Assembly: GCA_963792965.1 (NCBI GenBank) | Contig: CAWBYW010000030.1 | Coordinates: forward strand, 32,001-96,000 | DNA length: 64,000 nt | Source of the DNA: an uncultured delta proteobacterium | GTDB lineage: Bacteria > Desulfobacterota > Zymogenia > Zymogenales > Zymogenaceae | Direction of reading: 5' to 3' | Shown: positions 1-9,288 of the stretch, piece after piece | Numbering within the stretch: position 1 is the stretch's first letter | Layout of the letters: every line of letters begins with the position of its first letter | Notes under the pieces: generated by a model | The model's database searches: none | The model's input: only the letters and a program-made list of their open reading frames with translations | Told to the model about the DNA's origin: nothing | Position numbers and translations under genes: made by a program

Positions 1-2570
1 ATGAATCCCTTGAGCGGGAAGCGGAAAATACGCTGGAAAATATGGAGCGTCCCCCTGCCCAATCCTTCCAGGGTCATGGCCGCCACCTTCGGATCCTTGA
101 GGCTCCCCGTGACCCGAAAGTAGGTGGTAAAAAGGTTGCCGTCGTCTCCCGTTAGAATATATCCGACGACCGGGATCTTGTTGACGATCAGGTCGATCGT
201 CTGCAGCAGCTGAAAACCCACGACCATATCCAGGTTATCGCTCACCATGTCGTAGCTCCCCACCATGGTGACCTTCATGACCCTGCCGTTGAAAAAGAGG
301 TCCTCGGTGGTCGCCTTCCCGTCCACGAGGACAAAGGTGCCCGTGATCGAGTCAAAGGGGATTCCATTCGTATCCAGCTTCGGAAGTTTCAGCCGCAGGT
401 AGTTTGAGATCTTCATAAGCGACATGATCTTCGACAAGACCGACATCCGTTTGATGGCCCCGTCCTTTATCGATATCTCGATCGTCCCGTCCAGCGTGTT
501 CTTGATAAGCTCGGGATTGCCCGGATCGGATTTGAGTGAAAGGGAGAAATCGGCCTTCCCCGTGATGTCTCTTGTCAGCCCCGCGTCCGAGGCCAGCGCG
601 CCGAAGTCCGTCCCCCGGCCCGAAAGGTTGAGATAGAGAAGATCCTCCTTCTCCGATCCCGAGTAAACGTATCCGAAGGCGCCCGTACATTTCCCTCCAT
701 ACAGGGCGCAGCTCACGTCTTCCAGCAGCAGATACCCCTCCTCGAAGATGAGCCGTGATGAGAGATCGGTGATCCGTATCGTCTTGTCGCCGGTCCCGAA
801 GAGCTCCACGAGGTCCAGCGTCGGGGACCTCAGCGACATCACGAGCCGCGGCTTGCTGAAGTTTGTCAGCTCCCCCTCTCCCGTGAGTACGGACTCGGCG
901 AAGGTCACCGTAAAGGGGGGGATCTTCATCCGATCCTTTTCGAACACGAGAACGGCCGATCCGGGTTTTGGCGTCTTCGTGAAGAAGGGGACCGAGAGCG
1001 CCCAGTTAGAAAACTCGACCCTTCCGGTCACTTTTGCGACGCCGGTGGTCGTGCCTATCGGCGCGTCAACCCCAATGACGCCCCTGACCCTCCCCACACC
1101 CTCGGTCGGCTTCAAGAACGGCAGGGCGGAGATGACGTTGGAGGCAAGGATGTCCTTAACGTCCTCGAAGGCCATGTCGTCCACCGTCGCGCGCAGGTCG
1201 TGTAGGTAGGGAGCCGTCCGGGTCTTCTCGATGCGCCACCGCAGTTCCCTGACGTGGCCGGGCGGATCGGCGAACGCGACGTCTTTGGCGACCACTTCGT
1301 CCCCCGAGATCGATACGTCCGCGGACACCCCGCGGACCACGGCCCCGCCGAGGTCGAGGTCGGCGTCCGCGATCGTGCCGGCTATCTCGAGCCGCGCCGC
1401 CTTGGTCCCAAGCAGGGCGGGATTGCCCGAGATGTCGATGTGGGCAGACAGCCTTCCGTTCGCCAACAGCTTTCGTGCGTATGCCTTGACACCGTCGCCT
1501 AACAGGTTCAGGGGGATCAGCGAAAGATCGCGCGTCAACTCGAAGTCGGCAATATCGGCCGTTACCGTAAGATTGTTTGAGGTGCCGGTTCTATGGACGA
1601 CCTTCATGAGCGTAAGGTCTCCCGTCACCTTGAGAGAATCTCGTCGAATCACCGCCTCCCGAATCGATAACCCGTTCGGGGTCATCGAGACCGCCCCGGA
1701 AAGATCGATCTCGTCGATTCTAACCCCGCCCGGGTAATACGAGGAATCCTTGGCTCGCACGTCGGCCGCCGTGATCCGGCCGTGAATGTCCCACGTACGC
1801 TCGTTACCGTACGTGACGGTAAAGTCGCCGCCGACCGTCCCTGAAATCGAGAGAGACCTGTAGTCCCCGAGCACGAGATTGGCGGCCGCCAGATCAACCC
1901 GCTTGACCCAGACCCGGGCCGTGACCCTTCCGTCCGGCAGGCCCTCGCCCTCCGACTTGATGATCCCTCTCGGGTCGCCCGGGGGCGCAAGTGAAAGGGT
2001 ATACTCAACAGGGCCGCTCTTGAGATTTCCGGAAAACGAGCCGTAGAAAAGAGTGGCCGCGTACTCCCTTTGGCCCCCGAACCTCTTGTCGATGATCTTC
2101 AGGGTGGCGTTGGTGATCACCATCCCCTTAAGCCGCATTTCCGGCCCCCCTCCGGAGGCGGCTCTCCGAACAATCTTGAAGATCTTATCAATCAGCTTCT
2201 CGTTTTTCTCGACGGAAAAGGAGAGTGTAGGTGAAATGATACGAAGCTTTTTCGGGATTACGCTGCCGGAAGCGAGCGGAACGAGGTATACGCCGATGAT
2301 AACCTCGTCTGCGGAGAACGTGGGGGTATTCTCGTCTCCGGGAAGGTAGAAATTATGGCCTCGAACGCCAAAGTAGGGAAACAGAGAGAACTCGATTCTT
2401 CCCAGCTGCACGTCCCGGCCGAGGGAGTCGTCCAGTATCCTGATGATCTCGGGGCGGTACTTCTCAAGATCGATGGAGGATACCGTAATGATGAAGACCT
2501 CAGTGAGGATCAGAGAAACAAGGACGATCGTCTCAATGAAGATCCATCTTCTCTTTTGGGTCTTGGGCAT
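1..2570 (-). CDS. AsmA/YhdP-like envelope protein (3' end runs off the window)
   Basis: Manual translation from ATG 2570 gives MPKTQKRRWIFIETIVLVSLIL (TM anchor)...DLEKYRPEIIRILDDSLGRDVQLG. The same frame near position 120 reads YFRVTGSLKDPKV, typical of an AsmA-like C-terminus. Not in the ORF track because no stop lies in the window. Confidence 0.75.
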   Translation of the reverse strand, partial: MPKTQKRRWIFIETIVLVSLILTEVFIITVSSIDLEKYRPEIIRILDDSLGRDVQLGRIEFSLFPYFGVRGHNFYLPGDENTPTFSADEVIIGVYLVPLASGSVIPKKLRIISPTLSFSVEKNEKLIDKIFKIVRRAASGGGPEMRLKGMVITNATLKIIDKRFGGQREYAATLFYGSFSGNLKSGPVEYTLSLAPPGDPRGIIKSEGEGLPDGRVTARVWVKRVDLAAANLVLGDYRSLSISGTVGGDFTVTYGNERTWDIHGRITAADVRAKDSSYYPGGVRIDEIDLSGAVSMTPNGLSIREAVIRRDSLKVTGDLTLMKVVHRTGTSNNLTVTADIADFELTRDLSLIPLNLLGDGVKAYARKLLANGRLSAHIDISGNPALLGTKAARLEIAGTIADADLDLGGAVVRGVSADVSISGDEVVAKDVAFADPPGHVRELRWRIEKTRTAPYLHDLRATVDDMAFEDVKDILASNVISALPFLKPTEGVGRVRGVIGVDAPIGTTTGVAKVTGRVEFSNWALSVPFFTKTPKPGSAVLVFEKDRMKIPPFTVTFAESVLTGEGELTNFSKPRLVMSLRSPTLDLVELFGTGDKTIRITDLSSRLIFEEGYLLLEDVSCALYGGKCTGAFGYVYSGSEKEDLLYLNLSGRGTDFGALASDAGLTRDITGKADFSLSLKSDPGNPELIKNTLDGTIEISIKDGAIKRMSVLSKIMSLMKISNYLRLKLPKLDTNGIPFDSITGTFVLVDGKATTEDLFFNGRVMKVTMVGSYDMVSDNLDMVVGFQLLQTIDLIVNKIPVVGYILTGDDGNLFTTYFRVTGSLKDPKVAAMTLEGLGRGTLHIFQRIFRFPLKGF

Positions 2571-2662
2571 GAATATCAACTCGTGTCGAAAAATCTATCT
2601 GGTGCCGAAGATGCTCACCGGCCCCTCGCGTAACGCGGCAACGCGGCCGGACCACGCTGTCA

Positions 2663-3553
2663 TCACCCATCGCTTGGGTCGGCAAGGATCGTCCTGATCT
2701 CATCCAAGAGCTCTTCGGGGACATTTCCGTTGTGCCGGGCCGCCTCCACCGTGAGCCTTCCCATCACCCGGTAGAAGTCGAGAAGCTCCGGCATTTTCTT
2801 CTCAAGTGCGGCGACGTGGTCGGATATCGTCGGCCCGTCTCCCCGGGCGATCGGTCCGGTCAGGGCGGTCGGCACGCCGAGCGCCTTCACGTTATTGAGC
2901 GTTCCCTCCACCAGTGGCAGCAGCGCCCGCAGCGCGGTCTTTTCCTTCATCCCGATTTCTTTGAGGATCAAGACGGCGGCCCAGAGAAGGGTGACCAGGT
3001 AGTTGGAGGCGACCACCGCCCCGGTGTGGTAGAGGACCTTGTCTTGTTTCGGAATCGATAGTTGTTCTCCGCCGAATATCTCGACCATCTTCTTCAACTC
3101 GGAAAGCGCGGGCTCGTCCCCCTCAAGGCAGAAGACCGAGCCGGGGATATTCTTCTTTGCCTGATCAAAATCCGCGAAGCTCTGCAGGGGGTGCAACGAT
3201 GCGGCATAGGCGCCGTGTGCCCTGACGGGAGCTAAGACATCGGAGGTGAGGGAGCCGCTCATGTGAACAACAACCTGCCCCGCGCGGATACCGCCCCTCC
3301 GTGATAGCTCGGCGGCCACCTTACCGATGATACGGTCGGGGGTGGTGATAAAGAGGATATCGACCTCCCCGCTCAGGCCCGCCCCGTCTTTTTGCCCCGC
3401 AGCGCCGCGCATCTCATGATATGCGGCCTTCACACGCTCCGGATCGATATCACTGATGAAACCAATCTCGTATCCCGCCTGTTTCAGAAGCACGCCGACG
3501 GCCGTCCCGACCTTCCCCGCGCCGATGATCCCGATCTTCTTGTTGCCGGACAT
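2663..3553 (-). CDS. Rossmann-like + DUF2520 oxidoreductase (PanG-type ketopantoate reductase family)
   Basis: IGIIGAGKVG, VVHMSGS, SLHPLQSF, YHTGAVVASNY and ALTGPIARGD motifs; start taken at MSGNKK. Confidence 0.8.
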   Translation of the reverse strand: MSGNKKIGIIGAGKVGTAVGVLLKQAGYEIGFISDIDPERVKAAYHEMRGAAGQKDGAGLSGEVDILFITTPDRIIGKVAAELSRRGGIRAGQVVVHMSGSLTSDVLAPVRAHGAYAASLHPLQSFADFDQAKKNIPGSVFCLEGDEPALSELKKMVEIFGGEQLSIPKQDKVLYHTGAVVASNYLVTLLWAAVLILKEIGMKEKTALRALLPLVEGTLNNVKALGVPTALTGPIARGDGPTISDHVAALEKKMPELLDFYRVMGRLTVEAARHNGNVPEELLDEIRTILADPSDG

Positions 3554-3663
3554 CTTTCTCCCTGCCTCCGGCACGTCGCGGGAGGCCACCCGACGGACGT
3601 TCCCGAGAACTGCGCCGTACCCATAATCCATGCTCCGAGCCGACGGCCATCGTACCTCGGTTC

Positions 3664-3692
3664 ATGATAAGTCGTAATGCTCGCCGTGTCAA
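3664..3692 (-). promoter_or_regulatory. sigma70-type promoter of the DUF2520 gene
   Basis: TTGACA-N17-TATCAT on the minus strand. Confidence 0.55.
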
Positions 3693-3719
3693 GTCAAAGG
3701 GGGAGCAACGTCCAGGCAA

Positions 3720-3747
3720 AAAAAAGAGGCCGTAGAGCCTCTTTTTT
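3720..3747. terminator. Intrinsic terminator downstream of the roadblock gene
   Basis: AAAAAAGAGGC-cgtaga-GCCTCTTTTTT hairpin with A/T tracts on both sides. Confidence 0.75.
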
Positions 3748-3967
3748 CTTTTCTTAAACCGGACGGGAGGGTTATCTTGCCGACTCCCCCCCTCTCTCGG
3801 TAGATGGTATGCGGCCACCAATCGCGCCGCGCCCACGCCGTCGTGGAAGTCAGACGATTACGACGAGACGCGACTTCCTCGCCGGCCGAGCCATTTTCAG
3901 ATACGCCGACACCCGCTTCCCTCCCACGGGGCGTGCGAGACGTGCGGCTTGCTATCAGCGGGCTGGG

Positions 3968-4336
3968 TTAGACGAGCTTTTCGAGCTCATCCACGGCGCG
4001 CTTCATGTCCAGAAAGACGAGTCCTAACTTGGCATCTTTGGTGACGAGGGCGGTCAGAACGGCGTCTTCGCCCGCGTTCATGAGCAACACGTATCCTTCC
4101 ACGCCCCTGATGAAGACCTGATCGAGTTTGCCGCGGTTCAACTCCTGGGCCGTCCGCTCGCCGAGGGAAAGCATCGCCGCGCTCATCGCCGCAACCCTGT
4201 CTTCTTCAACGTCCTGGGGGAGGGCCGACGCCATGATCAAACCGTCGACGCTCACGATCGCCGAGGCCTCGACGTCCGGTGTCCCTTTCTGCAATTCCTT
4301 CAGTATCTTGGTCATTGATTCGGTCCTGCTGGCCAT
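3968..4336 (-). CDS. Roadblock/LC7 (MglB-like) protein
   Basis: 122 aa; ASAIVSVDGLIMAS, RVAAMSAAMLSLGER, ELNRGKLDQV and AKLGLVFLDMKR are typical of Roadblock/LC7 proteins. Confidence 0.9.
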   Translation of the reverse strand: MASRTESMTKILKELQKGTPDVEASAIVSVDGLIMASALPQDVEEDRVAAMSAAMLSLGERTAQELNRGKLDQVFIRGVEGYVLLMNAGEDAVLTALVTKDAKLGLVFLDMKRAVDELEKLV

Positions 4337-4411
4337 ATCTACCTCCTCTATGTTCGGCCTGTTTATCCTGATTTTGAGACGCGGTCCGTATCGGTCCGCG
4401 TCTGATTGCCT

Positions 4412-5323
4412 CTATTTCTGCTTTGCCTTTTCCTCTCGCTCCGACAGCTTCCTGAGATTGAATTTCACCATCTCGTTGTCGGGTTGAATCTCAAGAGCCC
4501 TTTCCCACTCCTTACGCGCCTTGTTGTATTTGTTTTCGCGGAGAAATCGAAAACCCTGATCGAAGTGCTCGAAAAAATCCTTCTTGATCTCTTCGCTGAT
4601 CTCTTCGGGGGGGCCCGCTTTCTCAAGAGACGACCGGGACGCCTCATCGGCGATCCGGAGACCCTCCATGATCAGAAACTGCCAATCGCTCTTGATCGTC
4701 CGTTCTTTGGGAGATTCATTCCTCTTGGAGAGAAAGGTCCCCTCCGGCCAGGTAAGAATCTGAAAGAAGGCATCTTCTCCCACGACGTTACCGGTCTCCG
4801 CATGAATAATGTTGCCGTCTTTGAAGAAGATCTTGCCCTCCTTGGAGCCGCTGCGGATGATCAGGGAAGAGTGGGCCTTACCGAGGCAGTTCATCTGAAT
4901 GACGTCGGTGAGGAGGAGATCCTGAAGCTGGCCCTCGAAGCCTTTTCGCTCGTCCTTAAGGGAATCGAGGATCATCTCTCTGATCTCCTTAATTTCAAAA
5001 GGTTTTTCGATATAGTAGAGCGAGCCCCTCATGTTGGCGTCTTTTTGGACATCGGGTGAACCATAGGCGGTCATGATGATGACTTTGACATCGGGGTAAT
5101 CCCTCCGAATCCTGGAAAGGAGGTCCAGCCCCGAGATCCCGGGCATGCGGATATCGGTGATCACAAGCCTGATGCTCTCCTTTTCCAGCACCTTGAGAGC
5201 GTCTTCGCCGCTGTTGGCGATAAGGACTTCGAATTTATCCTTGTCCTTCGACAGGCTCTTGGACATGCTCCAGGTGAGATTTTCCTCATCATCAACGATC
5301 AGGATTTTATCGGCGGCCGCCAT
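4412..5323 (-). CDS. Response regulator, REC + DUF4388 (PATAN-like) + C-terminal TPR
   Basis: REC (ILIVDDE, ITDIRMPG, IMTAYG, IEKPF), then FEGQLQDLLLTDVIQM..GKIFFKDGNIIHA..GEDAFFQILTWPEGTF (DUF4388), then a TPR (ARKEWERALEIQPDN). Confidence 0.85.
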   Translation of the reverse strand: MAAADKILIVDDEENLTWSMSKSLSKDKDKFEVLIANSGEDALKVLEKESIRLVITDIRMPGISGLDLLSRIRRDYPDVKVIIMTAYGSPDVQKDANMRGSLYYIEKPFEIKEIREMILDSLKDERKGFEGQLQDLLLTDVIQMNCLGKAHSSLIIRSGSKEGKIFFKDGNIIHAETGNVVGEDAFFQILTWPEGTFLSKRNESPKERTIKSDWQFLIMEGLRIADEASRSSLEKAGPPEEISEEIKKDFFEHFDQGFRFLRENKYNKARKEWERALEIQPDNEMVKFNLRKLSEREEKAKQK

Positions 5324-5349
5324 GGGTGACTCCTTTGTTGAGGTAATAG

Positions 5350-5366
5350 TGCAATATAGATGCCAG
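5350..5366 (-). promoter_or_regulatory. sigma54 (-24/-12) promoter
   Basis: Minus strand CTGGCATCTATATTGCA = TGGCA...TTGC with exact GG-N10-GC spacing, about 27 nt upstream of the ATG at 5323. Confidence 0.8.
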
Positions 5367-5479
5367 ATTGCTCACTTATTTCTTCGATTGTGAGGATCCG
5401 TAAAAAGCCCTATAGTTTCGATATGATACGCATGGCCGAGAATCGGTGCCGAGCTGCCGTCCGCCATAGCGCGCAAAAG

Positions 5480-5520
5480 TGACCGGAAATCGTACAGATA
5501 CCCTGTCCGATAATCAAACA
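5480..5520. promoter_or_regulatory. Two candidate enhancer (UAS) boxes for a sigma54 activator
   Basis: TGACCGGAAATCGTACA (5480-5496) and TGTCCGATAATCAAACA (5504-5520) are similar imperfect 17-bp TG..CA palindromes, 115-155 bp upstream of the -24 element. Confidence 0.5.
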
Positions 5521-6863
5521 GCATCCTCGATTCCGTATCGCTTGATCTTTTCTATGAGGGTAGAGCGGGATATGCCCAGAAGGCGCGCCGCCTCCGATCG
5601 GTTCCCTCCGACGGACACGAGCACCCGAATGATATAGTCCCTCTCCATCTGAACAAGCGGCTTCACCTCACGGGGCGCCCCGGACGGGCCGCCGACGAGC
5701 TCCATCGGCAACACGGCGGTCGTCACCTTATCAGTATCGGTCAGGATGACCGCCCGCTCGATGACGTTCTTGAGCTCGCGGACGTTGCCGGGCCAGTGGT
5801 ATCCCATGAGGATATCCATTGCGCCCTCGGATATCCCCCTCACATTCTTTCTCAGCTCTCCGTTAGCCCGCTCCAGGAAGACCTCCATGAGGGGGGGGAT
5901 ATCCTCCGTTCGATCCCTCAGCGGAGGGACCTCGATCACCATGACCTTGAGCCGATAGTAGAGGTCGTCCCGGAACTTCCCTTCGGAGACGAGGCGGGCA
6001 AGGTCCTTGTTGGTGGCGGCGATGACCCGGGCGTCGACCGTGATCTCCTTGACTCCGCCGACAGGATTGAACGTCTGGGTCTCGAGGAACCGGAGCACCT
6101 TGGGCTGAAGCGAGAGCTTCATCTCCCCGATCTCATCCAGGAAGAGCGTCCCCCCGGCGGCCAGCTCGAAGAGTCCCTTCTTATTCTCCTTGGCATCGGT
6201 AAAGGCCCCTTTCTTGTAGCCGAAGAATTCCGATTCGAGCAGCTGCTCGGGGACGGCGCTCACGTTGATCTTGATGAGGGGAAAGTCGGCCCGTTCCGAC
6301 ACACGGTGGATCGCATTGGCCACCAGCTCCTTGCCCGTCCCGCTCTCTCCCGTCACGAGGACCGGCGTCCGCGGAGTCCTGGCCACGATGGAGATGAGCT
6401 CCCTGACCGCCTGAATGGCGGGACTTCTTCCGACGATCTCATGCGGCTCCCCCTGACGCTCCCGCTTGAGCGTGGAGAGCTGCGCCAGAAGACGCGAGTT
6501 CTGGAGCGCCCGGGAGACGATCACCTTCAGCTCCTCCAGCTCGAAGGGTTTCTGGAGATAATCGGTGGCGCCCGCCTTCATCGCTGAGACCGCCACTTTC
6601 ACGTCGGAATAGGCCGTCATGACGATCACCGGGATGTCGGGCTCGATCTCGCGAACCGTCGCCAGCAGGTCCAGGCCGTTCATGTCCGGCAACCTGATAT
6701 CAAGGAGGATGAGGTCGACCGCGCTGTCTTCGAGCACTTCCCGCGCGCGCCCCCCTTGTGTTACCACGACGGCGTCACACCCCTGCTTGGACAGAACGCG
6801 CTTGATGGAATCCCCCATCAGCGAATCGTCCTCGACCACAAGGATTTTTGGTTTTACCTCCAT
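5514..6863 (-). CDS. sigma54-dependent response regulator (NtrC family; REC-AAA+-Fis HTH)
   Basis: LLDIRLPD, GESGTGKE, GAFTDA, LFLDEIGE, WPGNVREL and GNRSEAARLLGISRSTL. Confidence 0.95.
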   Translation of the reverse strand: MEVKPKILVVEDDSLMGDSIKRVLSKQGCDAVVVTQGGRAREVLEDSAVDLILLDIRLPDMNGLDLLATVREIEPDIPVIVMTAYSDVKVAVSAMKAGATDYLQKPFELEELKVIVSRALQNSRLLAQLSTLKRERQGEPHEIVGRSPAIQAVRELISIVARTPRTPVLVTGESGTGKELVANAIHRVSERADFPLIKINVSAVPEQLLESEFFGYKKGAFTDAKENKKGLFELAAGGTLFLDEIGEMKLSLQPKVLRFLETQTFNPVGGVKEITVDARVIAATNKDLARLVSEGKFRDDLYYRLKVMVIEVPPLRDRTEDIPPLMEVFLERANGELRKNVRGISEGAMDILMGYHWPGNVRELKNVIERAVILTDTDKVTTAVLPMELVGGPSGAPREVKPLVQMERDYIIRVLVSVGGNRSEAARLLGISRSTLIEKIKRYGIEDAV

Positions 6864-6864
6864 A

Positions 6865-7991
6865 TCAGGAGATCGTCGGAAGGTTAATGATAAAGGTGGT
6901 GCCCTGGCCCTTCTTGCTGTTTACCGCGATGGACCCGCCGTGCTTCTGGATGATCCGGTAGGTGATCGAAAGGCCGAGTCCCGTTCCCTTGGCGTTGGTG
7001 GTAAAGAAGGGGTCGAATATCTTGTTGATATGCTCGTCGTCGATGCCGGCTCCCGTGTCGGAGACGGATACCTCCAGGACATGTTTTCGCGCGCTGTTCT
7101 TCTTGCCCCAGGCGGTGATGAAGATCTTTTTTCGCGCTCCGGATCCATGAACTCGATGGAGTTGAGGAAGAGATTCAGGAAGACCTGCTGCAGCTGCAGG
7201 AAATCGCCGTGGACGACCGGGAGGTTGGCCGCATATTTTTCGACAATCTCGATCTTATTGTTCTTGATATCCTTGGTGAGCAGAAGGAGCACCTCCCTGA
7301 CGACGTCCCTGATGTCGCAATGGACGAACATCGGTTTCTTGGGCTTGGCAAAGGAGAAAAAGGTCCTGAGCATCGTGTCCAGGCGGTCGATTTCTTTGAC
7401 GATGCGCGACAGGAACTCACGCTTGGGGTCGTCGGCCTCCATCTCTTCTTCCATCGCCTGGGCGGTCGTCTTGATGGCGGCAAGGGGGTTCCTGATCTCG
7501 TGGGCGATGCCGGAGGATATCTCTCCGAGCGAGGCCAGCCTATCCATCCTGAGGATTTCCTCCTGCATCCGATGGATCTCGGTGAGGTCCTTAAAGGTGA
7601 TGATATGTCCCTGGATGTTGCCGGCGTTGTCGGTATAGACGGTGGCGCTTGTCCCGATCGAGACCTTCTCGCCGTTGAGCCTCTTTACCTCGGTCTCCTT
7701 CCCCACCCGGGCCTCACCGGCCCTGAATCCCCCCGCGAGCACCCGGTCGATATCGCCGGGGCTGAAGATGTCTTCGATATTGTGGCCGATCACCTTCTTC
7801 CGGTCGTAGCCGAGAATGTCCTGGGCCGCCTTGTTGAAGTAGAGGACTTTCCCCTTCTGGTCTATGGTGATGAGGCCGTCCTGAACGATCTCGACGATAC
7901 TCTCGGTAAATTGCTCAAGGTCGGCCGGAGTCCTGGCGTACCGCTCCGTCTCCCCAGGGGCCTTCTTTTCAGTCCCCGCCTTTGCCTTCAT
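6865..7991 (-). CDS. PAS-domain sensor histidine kinase (one frameshift near 7130)
   Basis: PAS domain, H-box IAHEIRNPL and N-box LQQVFLNLFLNS; the shifted frame continues SDTGAGID..FDPFFTT..GTGLGL..GTTFIINLPTIS* ending at 6865. Confidence 0.9.
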
Positions 7992-8055
7992 GAAGCCTCC
8001 GTGCGCTCGGAAAAGTTGTTCACTAACACCCGATTAACGAAAGGAAACGGCCCTT

Positions 8056-8084
8056 ACTTTATCAAACGAGACAGGTGATGTCAA
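8056..8084 (-). promoter_or_regulatory. sigma70-type promoter of the kinase-regulator operon
   Basis: TTGACA-N17-TAAAGT. Confidence 0.55.
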
Positions 8085-8168
8085 ACAACAAAAAGCATTG
8101 ATTTTTTGCCGATGCCATGTTATCAAAGAGGAGGAGCCCTCCACCACCCACACATGAGGATGACGCCT

Positions 8169-9224
8169 GTGAAAAATACCGGAATAGTCAAAGACCCCAT
8201 CTACCTTGAGCACAAGCCCGGCTATCTCCACTGGGAGAGTCCCCAGCGGCTGGAGGTGCTCTACGAGATGCTGGGTGAGGCCGATATGGCGGATCTGTTC
8301 GAGACGATAGCGCCACGTCGTGCCACGAGGGAGGAAATCGAGCTGATCCACGGGCACTCCTATTACGACTATGTGGCCTCGACGGCGGGCAAGGAGCGCG
8401 TGTCCCTCGATTCGGACACGCAGACCTCCGAGCGCTCGTTTGAGGCGGCGCTCTTTGCCGCCGGCGGCCTCCTGGTGGGTCTGGATAAGATCATGAAGGA
8501 TGAGGTCGCCAACGTCTTTGCCCTCGTGCGCCCCCCCGGCCATCATGCCGAGGCGAACCAGGGCATGGGCTTTTGCCTCTTCAATAACGTGGCGATCGCC
8601 GCGGCCTACGCGATGAAAAACTACTCGCTCTCGCGGATCCTTATCGTGGACTGGGACCTCCACCACGGCAACGGCACTCAGCACTCGTTTGCCCGCGACC
8701 GGCGCGTCCTCTATTTTTCCACCCACCAGTTTCCCTACTACCCGGGAAGCGGCTCCTTCGGCGAGGTCGGGGAGGGCGAGGGGAAGGGGTTTACCGTCAA
8801 CGTTCCCCTCTCGACAGGAAACGGCGACGCCGAATATTATAAGATATTCAAGAAAATACTGGTTCCCATCGCCACCGAGTATAATCCCCAGCTCGTGTTG
8901 GTCTCGGCGGGATTTGACACCTACTTCAAAGACCCGCTCGGCGGCATGGAGGTGACCTCCGGGGGATACGCGGCCCTTGCCCAGGTCGTCCTGGACATCG
9001 CGAAAGCGTGCTCGGGAAACAAGCTCCTGGTCACCCTTGAGGGCGGCTACAATCTCGGGGGCCTGAGGGACGGGGTAAAGAGCGTGATCCAGCAGCTTTC
9101 GGGCGAAAACGTTGCTGACCCCGACCTGACCGATCGGAATCTCGGACAGCTCGGCATGACCGCCGACCATACCATCGCCCGTGTGATCGGGATCCAGAAA
9201 GAATACTGGAAGTGCTTTTCTTAA
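8169..9224 (+). CDS. Zn-dependent deacetylase (HDAC class II/AcuC/APAH family)
   Basis: HWESPQRL, RPPGHHAE, GFCLFNN, DWDLHHGNGTQ, SAGFD and LEGGY; GTG start after a GAGGA RBS. Confidence 0.93.
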   Translation: MKNTGIVKDPIYLEHKPGYLHWESPQRLEVLYEMLGEADMADLFETIAPRRATREEIELIHGHSYYDYVASTAGKERVSLDSDTQTSERSFEAALFAAGGLLVGLDKIMKDEVANVFALVRPPGHHAEANQGMGFCLFNNVAIAAAYAMKNYSLSRILIVDWDLHHGNGTQHSFARDRRVLYFSTHQFPYYPGSGSFGEVGEGEGKGFTVNVPLSTGNGDAEYYKIFKKILVPIATEYNPQLVLVSAGFDTYFKDPLGGMEVTSGGYAALAQVVLDIAKACSGNKLLVTLEGGYNLGGLRDGVKSVIQQLSGENVADPDLTDRNLGQLGMTADHTIARVIGIQKEYWKCFS

Positions 9225-9288
9225 CCGAGCCCCAACCACCGACGCCGCCCAAGGATAGAGGCACTGCCCTCATTATCCTACAGGAGCC

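Noticed and set aside
3554-3660. pan RNA motif upstream of the PanG-like gene
   Set aside because: I could not identify the characteristic bulged-A hairpins; an Infernal search would be needed.
6190-6215. GAFTDA instead of GAFTGA in the activator
   Set aside because: A common variant among NtrC-family proteins; not evidence of sigma54 independence, and a sigma54 promoter is adjacent.
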